DNA of 31,617 nt from Octopus sinensis (taxonomy: Eukaryota): assembly GCF_006345805.1 (NCBI RefSeq), contig NW_021832207.1:1-31617 (forward strand). The letters run 5' to 3'. How positions within the stretch are numbered: the first letter of the stretch is position 1; every line of letters begins with the position of its first letter. The notes under the pieces are model-generated. The model ran no database searches. It was not told where the DNA came from and was given only the letters and a program-made list of their open reading frames with translations. The position numbers were made by a program, and so were the translations under genes. Below, one piece after another: positions 11,563 to 24,034 of the stretch.

Positions 11563-11779
11563 AATCCTGCCTACTAAAGGCACAAAGCCTGGAATTCTGG
11601 GGGAGGGGACTAATTGATTACATCGACCCCAGTGTTCAACTGGTACTTATTTTATCAACACCAAAAGGATGAAAGGTAAAGTTGACCTCAGCGGGATTTG
11701 AACTCAGAATATGAAGACGGACAAAATACCAGTGAGCACTTTGCCCGACGTGCTAATATTTCTGCCAGATCGCCACCTT
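11563..11779 (-). mobile_element. SINE family B, full length
   Basis: Reverse complement of the family B head (aggtggcgatctggcaga), B-box, central domain and tail. Confidence 0.9.
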
Positions 11780-12673
11780 AAATAGTAGTAGAAGTAATAG
11801 TAGTAGTAGTGTTAGTAGATGATGATGGTGGTAGTGGCAATCATTGGTGACAATGAAGTTAAAAAATGAATAAAAAAATTTGGCGTTGCAGAACATGCAA
11901 CAAGTAAAAGAATAAAAGAAATCCTTTCAACAGGTTTCAATACTACCACCTTTGCCCCACCCAAGAATCCATTTTTACTGACAAGGTTTCATTGGACCTC
12001 AGGCTGTTGTGACAACAAAAAAGACAAAACCTTCCTGTAAACTTTGGTAAGGTGTAAGTTTTGAAACCCAGACCAAGTGACTGTGAGGGGAAACTACTCA
12101 ACCACAGAACAATACATGCACACGCTTGAGGTGTTGTTAATTTTAGAGTTCATTGACTAAACGAGTAACAATCGGTCCAGGTGCAAAATTCTCTTCTTAG
12201 TAAAGTATATGAGTAAGAATAACACAGGGAAGACACAGGTGACAGGAAATATAAAAAAGATAGAAGAAATGTGAAATGTTCTTTTGTTTGTTTTGCTTTG
12301 TATTTATTCATTTAATTATTTATTTATTTGAAGATGACCTGTCTGTTCACTTCAGAGATAACTCTGAATTAACATCTGGAATAAATGATAATATAAATAA
12401 GTATATATATATATATATATATATAAAAGTAAATATATGTAATCCAATATTAAAAAACATAATAAATATATAATATATATAATATACATATATATATATA
12501 TATATATATAGATATATATATATATATAATAATATATATATATATGTATACATATATATATATATATGTATACAATATATATATATGTATGTAGTATACC
12601 ATATAATATATATATATAATATATATATATATATGTATGTATGTATACATCACATATAGATATATATATATAT

Positions 12674-13073
12674 TTACTTCCTCTCTCTTTTACTTGTTTC
12701 AGTCATTTGACTGCGGCCATGCTGGAGCACCGCCTTTAATCAAGCAACTCGACCCCGGGACTTATTCTTTTGTAAGCCCAGTACTTATTCTATCGGTCTC
12801 TTTGCCGAACCGCTAAGTAACGGGGACATAAATACACCAGCATCGGTTGTCAAGCAATGCTAGTGGGACAAACATGGACACACAAACACACACATGCATA
12901 TATATATATGCATATATACGACGGGCTTCTTTTCAGTTTCCGTCTGCCAAATCCACTCACAAGGCTTTGGTCGGCCCGAGGCTATAGTAGAAAACACTTG
13001 CTCAAGGTGCCACGCAGTGGGACTGAACCTGGAACCATGTGGTTGGTAAACAAGCTACTTACCACTCAGCCAC
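12674..13073 (-). mobile_element. SINE family A, near full length
   Basis: Colinear reverse complement of 4359-4782. Confidence 0.92.
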
Positions 13074-13845
13074 GTATACATATATATAAAACTGATGTTA
13101 AATGATGATGATGATAATGATATATATGTATATGCATATAAATATATATATATTTACATGTACTTATATTGTTTACCTATACATACATATGTATGCATAT
13201 ATATATATATATGCATACAAACATTCATATAATATATAATACTTAAATGTATACATATATATGTATATATACACACACACGTGTGTATGTGTGTGTGTGT
13301 GAGTGTTTACAGATTTCTAACTTGGCCAGACAAAACATTTTCAGTACTTTATGTCCAGTAATATATTTCTGTTTTTGGCTTAATTTTTGTATTAATCAGC
13401 TCAACAGCAACAACAACAACAACAACACACAACACACACATAAATATACACACATGAAATCAGTTAGACCGAATAGCCTTAAATCTATCTTATATCACAG
13501 TCATGCGATGATGATGATGGAGAGGAGGAAGCAATGAGGTCATCATTATTCAGAACTAGTTTACTCCACTACAAAGTATGTATTTTTGTGCCGTTGGTCA
13601 CTCAGTACAACAGTTAATCCATTAACCTCACTCACTACATGATGGATCAATCAGTCAGATAAAAGAAAACAACAAATAAAGAAATTTTTAGTCTGTATTT
13701 TCTCAGGGTCAAACCTAAAACACACCCTCAGTCCCTCTTCTTTCACTTTCTCTTCTCCTTGAGATTTGTGTATGTGTGTGTATTTATGTATGTATGTATA
13801 TATATATATATATATAAATATATATATACATATATACATATACAC

Positions 13846-13877
<32 letters not shown>

Positions 13878-13964
13878 ACATACATATACATATACATACA
13901 TATATACATATACATATATATATATACTTATACATATATATATATATATACGCACACATATATA

Positions 13965-14492
13965 CAGGGTGTGATGGGTAAATTGTTGTTTTATATTTTT
14001 AATATCACACATGCACATTGTGTGCTTTTGATTTTATCGACTACACAGTATAGTAGGGTCAGCTGGGCACTGTTTGTAAGAAAAACAGCATCATCATGCA
14101 ATTCTCTCTGCCAGAAATTTGGAAATGATATCCTGTACTGCTTGGCATTCATTCTGGAAGTTCCAGTATGAACATATCAGAGTGTTTGGGTGTCAATCTG
14201 AGGACAGTGCAACCTGAGGACATGTACCGAGAGTGATAAAGATCAAACATCCAGTCAACATCATGGTGTTTGGAGTGATCACTAGTGATGGCGATGTTTT
14301 GCTGCATTCATCTTTCTTCACAGCCTTAGACTCAACACAGAGGCCTACACAAGTGCCTGGAGGAGGTAGTGCTGCCCTGGGTCAAGAGGGTGGCTGCTGG
14401 AAGACCCTATGCCTGGCAACAAGTATCTGCACCATGTCACACAAGCAGGAGAATCCAGTCATGGCTATCAGACGATTTCTGCGACGACATCA
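13965..14492 (+). mobile_element. Internally deleted, 3'-truncated Tc1/mariner element (maT/DD37D-like)
   Basis: Begins TA|CAGGGTG. N-terminal remnant from 14096: [37 protein letters not shown]. Then KHPVNIMVFGVITSDGDV / FIFLHSLRLNTEAY / KCLEEVVLPWVKRVAAGRPYAWQQVSAPCHTSRRIQSWLSDDF, where the DDE motif QQDSAP.H has D replaced by V. Confidence 0.85.
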
Positions 14493-14580
14493 AGAGATTG
14501 ATGAAAGAGATTAGAAGAGAGACTCATATTGTCTACCTATAGAAAGCACTATCCTCATTCTACAAGAATCCTAAAAATTC

Positions 14581-14731
14581 CTAAGAGCGGTCAGGTTCAT
14601 TTTTAGTATTCTTGTTTATGAGAGCAGTCGACTTTATTTCAGATATTCTCATTTTAAAAATCATCTCTGGTTAATCGTTGAGAGGACGTTGGTGTTGCCT
14701 TGGCGAATGTTTGCGCTCTCTGAGTGCTCTT
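14581..14731 (-). mobile_element. 5' fragment of the Helentron/HINE-like element
   Basis: Reverse complement of the first approximately 150 nt of 26402-26767. Confidence 0.75.
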
Positions 14732-14739
14732 GTTATTAT

Positions 14740-14853
14740 TATGGCTTCTGATTTAGGCACAAGGCCAGCAATTTTGAGTGGAGGAAATAGTAGTTGATAC
14801 CATCAACCCAAGTATGTGACTGACACTTTATTTTATCGATCTTGAAGGCAGAG
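14740..14853 (-). mobile_element. SINE family B 3' fragment
   Basis: taggcacaaggccagcaattttg...ttttatcga. Confidence 0.7.
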
Positions 14854-15466
14854 CACCCAGCCACCCTAACAAATAAAAGGAGTGAGTGGATTGGTGCATG
14901 GCATCTTTCATCCTCAGTGCCACAAAAAGTAAAAATGTGTGTGTGTGTGTATGTGTGTGTAAGAAAAAAGAAAGAAAATTTCAATAATTAAACAAACCTA
15001 CATACCTAGCAACCTACATACCTAACAACCAATCAGCAATATAGTTTGCTTCATCTGTTGATATCAGATAGACTGGAGCAGAGAGATAAACGCACTAGAC
15101 ACTGCTTCCTTAGTTTCAAAGTCCATCTAACATATTTAAGAGGCTACACTTATGATCTCTGTCTAGAGTCTAGTTTTATCTGTTGGCATTTGTTTGTTTC
15201 TGGTAGGTTCTGGTGGAATACTTACTATACATTGATATATTGTCTGCTGAAATGAATATATTCTAATTATAAAATTCTGCTGATGTCAAATAGGAAAAAG
15301 TGTGTTACTTGGTTAACTCTTTATTATTCAAGTACTGTGTCATTTTGTGGGGAGAGGAAAAAGAAAATTGTTTAGCAAGTTCATGATGGTGTGCATTAAA
15401 GGCCAGAACATTCAGTGGGATAAAAATTGCCATTCTAGGAAACAGAGAAATGAGTTGAATATAAAG

Positions 15467-15535
15467 CAGGCATGGGTAGCCTTTTCTGAGAAGAGGATCA
15501 CATGAGACATAGCTCATTATTAAGTGACCTGTACC
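15467..15535 (+). mobile_element. hAT/Charlie-like terminus fragment
   Basis: CAGGCATGGGTAGCCT resembles the Charlie-type TIR CAG.G.TGGGCAACCT. A second, same-orientation copy lies at about 15811-15870. Confidence 0.45.
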
Positions 15536-15768
15536 TATTTCTTTACTACCCACAAGGGGCTAAACACAGAGAGGACAAACAAGGACAGACAAACAGATCA
15601 AGTCGATTTTATCGACCCCAGTGCGTAACTGGTACTTATTTAATCGACCCCAAAGGATGAAAGGCAAAGTCAACCTCGGCAGAATTTGAACTCAGAATGT
15701 AGCGGCAGACGAAATACCGCTAAGCGTTTCACCCGGCGTGCTAATGCTTCTGCCAGCTTGATGCCTTT
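15536..15768 (-). mobile_element. SINE family B, variant tail
   Basis: Standard head and central domain with the alternative tail tttagccccttgtgggtagtaaagaaata. Confidence 0.9.
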
Positions 15769-16704
15769 AAGTGACATGTACCAATGTACATATGAGATGG
15801 GCATGAAGTTGACATGGGCAACCTTTTCTGAGAAGATGGTTGCACGAGATATGGCTCATATAAGAGGGTCGCAAGAGACACTGTTCATCATTAGGTGGCC
15901 CACATTACTAAGAAAAAATTCAAGATAATTTTACATTGAAGGTGCTTTTCAGTTTGCTTGAGACTGATATAAAAGATGGGTGAGTTGAGGGGTTAAAATG
16001 ACCATCAGAGGAATCAAAGAAGATGGTACCAATGTAGGTAGATATAGGACAAGCATTAATGATTTTTGAACCAAGGAGGGAAAATGGTCATCAGAGGAAT
16101 GAGAGAAGGCTGTGCCAATATAGAGAGATAAGGGATGGGTATTAAAGATGTGGGCATTAAACATGGACAGTTTAACCAAAACTGCCCATAACCAAAACTG
16201 TCTGTTATGTTGTCTGTTACATTATACTGTCCAAATTTAATATCTTCGTATGTATCCTTCATATGGGTGAGAAGAATGGACCCCAAATGTAACTGATACT
16301 AAGCACTTGAGGGTAGGAAAAATGACATACTGCAAGTGAATGCTGCAGATGAGCTGGAGGCCGTAGTATGAATGACAAAGTGTTGGAGAAGTTGGGAACA
16401 GAGTGATAGTTGAGGCCAATGGTCAGATGGTGAAAACTTCAATAATTTGGAACCTCTTTGACTGTATTTTCAGGATTTAGGGATGGGGTTCATGTGTGAC
16501 ATCTGTGCCCACCACCTTGGAATCTGGGTGGGTGGAAAATTGACTCACAAGCAAAATAAAAAAGACCACAGAGATGGAGTGATAATGTCAAAGACTAATA
16601 GGAGAATATCCTGGAGGAGTGTACAGCAGCAGTGTGAAGCCTAGTATGTATCAAGGGAAGGGGCTTCATCACACCCTTAGAGATAATAAGGTTTTGATAA
16701 TATT

Positions 16705-17045
16705 TCCCATGTTTTCACAGAATATTGTAAATGAATGACACTGCTTATTTGACAGTGACACTCATTTACAACTACTGTGTGATGTCAAGATAAGAAGTAC
16801 ACACACAATCACATGATTCCATGACCAATCAGACTGCTGTTATACATTGCTGACCACAATGCGATTTGCATCATTTTAGCCTTCAAATAATGCCACCCTG
16901 CTAGCTAGGTGAGCAGGCCAACATTTCTCCCAATCAAAAGCGGGGCTGAAGCAACATGAAATGAAGTGCTTTGCTCAAGAACCAAATACATCATCCAGTC
17001 AGGGAACCATAACCACAATCTGGGAATTGAGTGCAACAGCCTGAC
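16705..17045 (-). mobile_element. Degenerate CORE-like SINE
   Basis: gaagcaacatgaaatgaagtgctttgctcaaga is the reverse complement of the CORE-like block seen at 18690-18730. Confidence 0.65.
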
Positions 17046-17446
17046 AACAATAGAGGTTCCAGACCTAATGACATGGCCTATATATATCGAACACACAAGT
17101 GCAAACAAGGGAGTCAGAGAAAGGCAGAATGCCACTTATATTTGAACACTATACAATATTCCTTTAAAAAACTTTTCTTCTAATTTTTCTAAATTTAATT
17201 ATCTAATCGTTACGTTGAAAGGTCTCAAAATGACCGAACGGACTGAAATGTTCTTTATGAAATTATTTTAGCATTTTCTATTTTACTTATTTTCATATTA
17301 TATATTAATATATATATATATATATGTATGTATAAACATTTTATCATTAATTAAAATCTTAGGGTAGCAAGAATATTCATCAAAAAATTCTTAGTTACCA
17401 GTGGTCTAGCGAGAAAACGTACACTGTATTCTTCTTTGATGCACGA

Positions 17447-17602
17447 TTTCAGTTTCCCTTAAACCAAATCCACTCACAAGGATTTGGGTTGGCCCAAGGT
17501 TATAAACAGAAATCATTGGCCGAGGTGCCACACAGTGAGACTGAACCTGCATCCACGTGGTCTGGAAGCAAACTTCTTAACCATACAGCTACACCTGCAC
17601 CA
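17447..17602 (-). mobile_element. SINE family A 5' half
   Basis: tttcagtttcc...aaatccactcacaagg...cagctacacctgcacc. Confidence 0.8.
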
Positions 17603-17844
17603 ACATTATTAATAATAATAACTGAATAATTTGAACAAGATATATATTTTTTTATACCTGACATCAGGAAATTCTGAGAATCTTTAAAAAGAAAAAAGAG
17701 AAAAAAGGCCATATTAAAGAGAGCGACAAGGAACAAATATTTAGCATATGTAGATTCACAATGTCACTTCTCGTTAGAATCTTTTGTCAGCTCCGACATA
17801 ACGAAGGTCATCATAGGATCTATTGATTAGCTGTAAGCAACTTA

Positions 17845-17915
17845 TGGAATTCTGTCAGAGTATTGACATATTCTGGCAGAGGTTAGTGTTGGTATAGAGA
17901 CATGAGGGTGGAGGT
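17845..17915. repeat. Dispersed motif of about 65 bp, copy 1
   Basis: tggaattctgtcagag...ttctggcagaggttagtgttggtatagagac. A near-identical copy lies at 20339-20415. Confidence 0.85.
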
Positions 17916-18607
17916 GCTGCTGGTGGCGGTGTGGTGGCAGCTGTGATTGTGGTAGAGGTCGGGATTGTGGCGGCGGCGGCGGCGGTGGTGGTGGTTTATT
18001 TTCTGTTTTTTTCTCTTTTAATATTTTAAAGATTTTTGATGCGACATAAATTTTGATTTTATGTCTTTTGTCATTTTGGCGGTTTTTTTTTGTTGTTAGT
18101 GTATTAATATTTATTTTTGCTTTGGCATCAGTAATAATAATCATGATAATAATAATAATAATAATGATGATAATAATAAGAAGAACTACGACAATAATAA
18201 TAACAAAGCAAATAAATAAAATATAAATATGATAATAAATAACCGCAGGGGGGGGGAATAAATAAATAAAAAGAAGAGAAGATAAAAAATAAAAAATAAT
18301 ATAAATAAGTCAAGGTGTAAAATAATGATTAATGTCGGTTCCACGAACTGAGCGGACTCTTTCAGATACTTTCAGATACGGACACTGAGATAGCAGAATT
18401 GATAACAAAAAAATTTAAAAATAAGTAGATAAATAAAAAAATAAATAAATAAGACCATTTTCATTTTATACACACCACTAGTTGCAGTCAATATTTTAAG
18501 TCTGTTTTGGCATAAACATAATGATTATGACAACTACTATTACTACTACTGCTATTAGAAATAACATATGTAATACCACCACTGGTATTACTACTTATTA
18601 CTAATAT

Positions 18608-18948
18608 ATGAAGATGCATGGCTCAGTGGTTAGAGCATCGGGCTTACAATTATGAGGTAGAGAGTTTGGTTCCTGGATTGGGCTGTGTACTGTGTTCTTG
18701 AGCTAGACACTTTATTTCATGTTGTTCCAGTTTACTCAGCCGTAGAAATGAGTTTTGATGTCACTGACCAAGCTGTATGGGTCTTTGACTTTCTCTTGGA
18801 TAACATTGGTGGTATGGAGAGGAAAGGTTGGTATGCGTGGGTAACTGTTGGTCTTCAATAAATACCTTGCCTCGACTTTTCTTAGGAGGATAACTTTCTA
18901 GGTACAATATCATGGTCATTCATGACCGAAAGGGGCCTTTATCTTTTA
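18608..18948 (+). mobile_element. Full-length tRNA-derived CORE-like SINE
   Basis: A-box tggctcagtggttagagc, degenerate B-box ggttcctggat, CORE-like tcttgagctagacactttatttc, 3' end gaccgaaaggggcctttatctttt. Confidence 0.8.
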
Positions 18949-19004
18949 CTGATATATATGATACAGTATGTAACAACACTAAGCAGTGTTGTGTATCAAT
19001 GCAA

Positions 19005-19590
19005 ACATGCTACCAGTTCAAATCTGCTTGAGGTGTATTTGAACCTGTGAGAAAGACTTTCACTGTTATTTTATCATGGAGAAAAATTTCTCGCTATAGA
19101 AATATAGGTGTTAACACACCAAGTCAAGATGATGTGTTCTCTAATCAGACTTACAGATGCTTGCATTTTGAAGTTGTTATCTCCTCTTCAGTATCAGACA
19201 CTGGAAAGAGAAACACTACAAACTGACAAGAGATGGATTATATCTTATTATATTCCTCTGCCATTGTATTGTAAAAGGTTGCACTAATCAGTAGCAACCT
19301 TTTACAAGACAAATAATAAAATATGGAATAGAAGTACCAATCAATGATGAGTACAAATACAAACTTGTTGCTCATTCAAATCTGCTTGAGGCATGTAAGA
19401 AAGCCTTTCGCTGTTACTTTGTCATGGAGAAAATTTCTTGCAGTTGACAAATGGGTGTAAATACACCAAATCAGATTGCACCACCATCTGACCAGATGCA
19501 GGATAACATTGCATTTCAGTGTAGTTATCTCCTCTTCAATCACAGAAATCAGCCAAGACTGTGTTGTGAGCTGATATGAGAGACTGTATC
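19005..19590 (+). repeat. Diverged direct duplication (unit about 200 bp, offset 358 bp)
   Basis: ttcaaatctgcttgagg at 19017 and 19375. tcatggagaaaa and gttatctcctcttca occur in both copies. Confidence 0.85.
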
Positions 19591-19634
19591 TCTCTTGTGA
19601 AATTCCGCATCATAATTATTTTAACACTGTTAAT

Positions 19635-19797
19635 GATCCTTTCTGCTACAGGCAGAATTTTGGGGGAAGGAGCAACACATTGACAATGACCCCAGTGCTG
19701 AACTAGTACTTATTTCATCAACTCCTTAAGGATGAAAGGCAAAGGTGACCACACTGAAATTTAAACTCAGAATGTGAAGACAGACAAAATACTGTTA
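19635..19797 (-). mobile_element. SINE family B, truncated
   Basis: Tail, central domain and B-box on the minus strand. Confidence 0.8.
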
Positions 19798-19802
19798 ATA
19801 TT

Positions 19803-20016
19803 GATCCTTTTTTTAAATATAGGCATAAGGCCTGAAATTTGGGGAAAGGGGATAGTTGATTACATCAACCCCAGTACTCAACTGGTACTTAATTTATCAA
19901 CCCCAAAAGGATAAAAGGCAAAGTTGACCTCGGCAGAATTTGAACTCAGAACATAAGAACAAATGCCACTAAGCATTTCACCCGGTGTGCTAATAATTCT
20001 GCCAGCTTGCTGCCTT
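19803..20016 (-). mobile_element. SINE family B, full length
   Basis: Tail through head (aggcagcaagctggcaga) on the minus strand. Confidence 0.9.
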
Positions 20017-20338
20017 TATGATATTAATAACGATAACAGTAACTGTTTTAATTTTGGCACAGGACCAATATTATATTTCTACAATGCACAAAGGTATTTA
20101 AACAATTTTTTATACAATATGTAATATTTAATCATAAAAATATAACAGTCGTTTTTAGACATCAAATGACTATGACGGACCCCGCGCCAAATAAAGTAAG
20201 AATCAAAGGGTTTCACAGGTAAAAGAAAACCGGTGAGAACTGCAGCTCATAGGACACATTGGACAATGTTCTGAATATGCAATAAGACGAAATGGTCATG
20301 GTTAGATTGTCTGAGATCATATTTGTTAAACAGCCACC

Positions 20339-20415
20339 TGGAATTGTGTCAGAGTGATATGTTCTGACAGAGGTTAGTGTTGGTAGAGAGACGTGTACCT
20401 GGAGGTGATGGTGGT
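20339..20415. repeat. Dispersed motif of about 65 bp, copy 2
   Basis: tggaattgtgtcagag...ttctgacagaggttagtgttggtagagagac. Confidence 0.85.
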
Positions 20416-21046
20416 GGTGATGTTGGTGGTAATGATTGTGATGGGGGTGTTAGTGGTGATGGTGGTGGGACCATCTTCACTGCCACCAGCATTCTCATCA
20501 TAATCATCATCTTCATTGTCATCACTGTCATTGTCACCACCATTATCATCATCATCATAATCAATCATTACCAATATTGCCAACATCACCATCACCACCA
20601 CCACAACCAACAACAACACCACCACAATCAGCATCAATCAATCATCACCATCAAGACCACCACCACCACCACCATCATCATCATCGTCATTAAAACTATC
20701 GCCACTATATCAACACTGCCACCACCACAACCATCCCCACCAGCATCACCACTGCTGCCACCACCATCAAAACGGTACACAAAACAAGGTAATGTTTTTA
20801 GGAACCTTGTGATGCATGCTAAACATCAACTCCGAAAGATTAAAGCTTTAGAAATCAATATCTTTGAAGAATCTTTCTTTGATTGCTATATTTTTTCTTC
20901 CTTTCTTTCCTTTCTTTTTAAGTCCACCCCCACCTCCATCCCCTGCACCCCCAACCATCTTTTCCTTCTGCTTCTTATTCACCTTCGCCTTCTTCTTCCA
21001 TCTCCCATCTTTTTTCTACGTTTGATTTCTTCCTTTAATTTATCAC

Positions 21047-21077
<31 letters not shown>

Positions 21078-21132
21078 AAAGAAATCATTATTTTTACTGT
21101 TATTACTATTCTTATTGTTATAATTACTGTTG

Positions 21133-21182
<50 letters not shown>

Positions 21183-22146
21183 GTGCTCTTTTGCTTTTAT
21201 TGTCTCGTTTCATTAATTAACAACAAACAAAACAAAACAAAAAAAAACAAGAAATAAAGTAAATATTGAACTAAAATTTTGAATAAAAAAAAAACAGAAA
21301 CAAAAATAAAAACAAATAAACACACGTAAACACACACAAACAAAAATAAAATCAAATAATTAAATAAATTGAAAAAAAAATCTACAAAAAATAAAAAGAT
21401 CCACGTAAGCAGTGATCTAAATCGGAACACCCCATCGCACTATTCGCATTTCTCTAATGTAATGTAATGTAGTTTTTAGTTAGTATTTGTTTGTGTTTTG
21501 TCGTCTGTTTTCTATTTTATCCACCAAACCTCACTTTAATTTTTTTAGTGTGTGTATTTATATTTTTATTTATTTTGTTTTTGATTTCTGTATTTCCTTT
21601 TTTTTTCTTTTTCTTTTTTTTGTAATTCTTGTTCAATATCCTCTTCTTTCTTATATCCAAGAGTGCCGATACCTTATTAATGATGGTGCTATGCTAACAC
21701 CTTATCTCGACTCATCTAAAATTCAACAACCAACATTAGTTAACGCAATCTAAACACACAAACACACACACACACAAACATACACACACAAATACACAAA
21801 TATCCACAACACAGAGACACACCTATACAAGCCCAACCTACCCAGCAACTCTTTCTTCTCTCCATCCTCCATCCGTCATCCCCATCATTCCAGTTTTTTT
21901 TGTTTTGATTTTTTTACTATCAATTCTTGCAGAATATCAGAGTATCATTCGAACCAAGTAGAAAGGTCAGTCGGAGAGAGAGAGAGAGAGAGAGGGGGAA
22001 AGAGCGAAAGAAGGCCTGCTTGCCCTCCAATAAATTTTATTGAAGTCGGAGGTGAAAGCAACAAGATTCACTTCAGTGGAATAGTTCAACCATTTCTATT
22101 TTACCAACCAGGTGGCAGCACAACAAGAAAAAAAAAAAAAAAATAT

Positions 22147-22178
<32 letters not shown>

Positions 22179-22704
22179 GAAAATAAAAATAATAAATAAG
22201 AGAAGGCGTTTTGTATCTAAACTATTTATTACCAAACTTGGCACCTGCCGTTTCGCACCAACACACTCACAACCCACTCTACCTTACATATTTATTGTTT
22301 TTTGCCTTTTGTTGCTCATCTACCCTATAATTTCTTTCTTTTTTTTCTGTCTTTACTTTATTTATTATTTTCTGTTATAGTCTTTGAGCCGAGAGCATAA
22401 ATTACAGAATCGTTTGATGGGGACAAGATGTCAGGTTAAAATCCCAATGCATGGCACCTTGAGCAAGTGTCTTTCATATTTTCCAACATTGACTTATGTT
22501 AACTGAAGATTTGTGGGTGAAGTATTGGAGTACTGGGTAGGCAGATAGAGCAGGGTGGAAGCTTGTCGCATGGACTCTGACTGCAGTTCAAAAGGTCCAG
22601 CATTGTCACACTCCGAGTTTGCCTGGGGATTATGTTAAGGAGAGTAACAGTGTCAATGGAATACTTGATGACTAGATATGAGCCACATGTTTTGGACAAA
22701 GTTA

Positions 22705-22738
22705 TATATATATACATATATATATATTATATATATAT

Positions 22739-22819
<81 letters not shown>

Positions 22820-23054
22820 ATATATATATATATTATATATACACATATACACACACACATATACAAAGATGTATATATGTATATATGCATACATATACAT
22901 ACATATATGCATGCATATATATATATACACATATTTATACATATATATATATATACATATATACATATGAATACATATATATATATGAATACATATATAT
23001 ATTATATATATATATATAATATATATATATATACATATATATATATTATATATA

Positions 23055-23085
<31 letters not shown>

Positions 23086-23225
23086 CATATATACATATGA
23101 ATACATATATATATATATGTATATATGCATACATATACATACATATATGCATGCATATATATACAATACGTTACATATATATATATACATACATACATAT
23201 ACATCACTACATAACATATATATAC

Positions 23226-23270
<45 letters not shown>

Positions 23271-23345
23271 TACATATGAATACATATATATATATGAATA
23301 CATATATATATATGAATACACACATTTGGTGTGTGTGTGTGTGTG
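22705..23345. repeat. Large compound (TA)n/(TACA)n block with an internal duplication of about 240 bp
   Basis: tatatgtatatatgcatacatatacatacatatatgcatgcatat occurs at about 22872 and about 23114. Confidence 0.92.
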
Positions 23346-23981
23346 TTTGTGTGTATACAAATACATTTTTACCTTGAAGTTAAATCTTGCTGAAGTTAAC
23401 ATTTTTCTTTACACACAGAGGTTGATACCGTCACGTAATCCAGTGCCCCTCAAACTTTTTAAATTATCACCCCATTTTTATTTACCAACATTTTTCAATG
23501 CCCCCACCTAAACTCATCTACCATTTTGCTTCTAATCAATGCCCCCCCCCCTCAAACAAATTGGCAATGTACATCCATGTGATATCAGACCAGAATAAAT
23601 TAATTTAAGATATTAGTTTATTGAAAGTAATTACTACTGCTACCACATCATCCTACTATAGCAAAAATATTTCATGCATCATGGTCTGACGCTGCATACA
23701 GATCCAACCATTACACAAGGATTCGACCAAACTCCAGTATCTATCATTTGTGCTTCATATATATACCAGTTGAAATTTGTCTTCTTATTCTGATTTATAG
23801 CTGCATTTTCTATATATTCACACACAAAACACACGCATAGCACACAGATGTATAAACAGGTATTGAGTTCATTGCTCACATATAAATTTTCATATATCTG
23901 TTTATATACATAATTAGTATTTAAGATGGCCAGATGACACTTGTAGCTAGAATCCTCAATAACCAAGCATGTACATTTGCA

Positions 23982-24018
<37 letters not shown>

Positions 24019-24034
24019 GAGTGTGTGTGTGTGT

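Noticed and set aside
16251-16259. GTATCCTT, a perfect U12 GT-type donor
   Set aside because: It is on the plus strand, antisense to prospero, with no associated exon; one hit is compatible with chance.
15949-16419. Three short overlapping minus-strand ORFs as a degenerate reverse transcriptase
   Set aside because: I could not recognise any RT or endonuclease motif, and the region is better explained by short local repeats.
18608-18690. tRNA gene
   Set aside because: The tRNA-like A and B boxes continue into a SINE body, and there is no complete cloverleaf. The same applies to the other SINE heads.
20283-20289. TAAGACG Prospero-type site suggesting autoregulation
   Set aside because: A single 7-mer in 31 kb is within chance expectation.
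20377-21078. Longest ORF (233 aa) with poly-His, Gln, Thr and Pro runs
   Set aside because: It is built from GGT, CAC, ATC and ATT trinucleotide repeats, lies antisense to prospero and has no recognisable domain.
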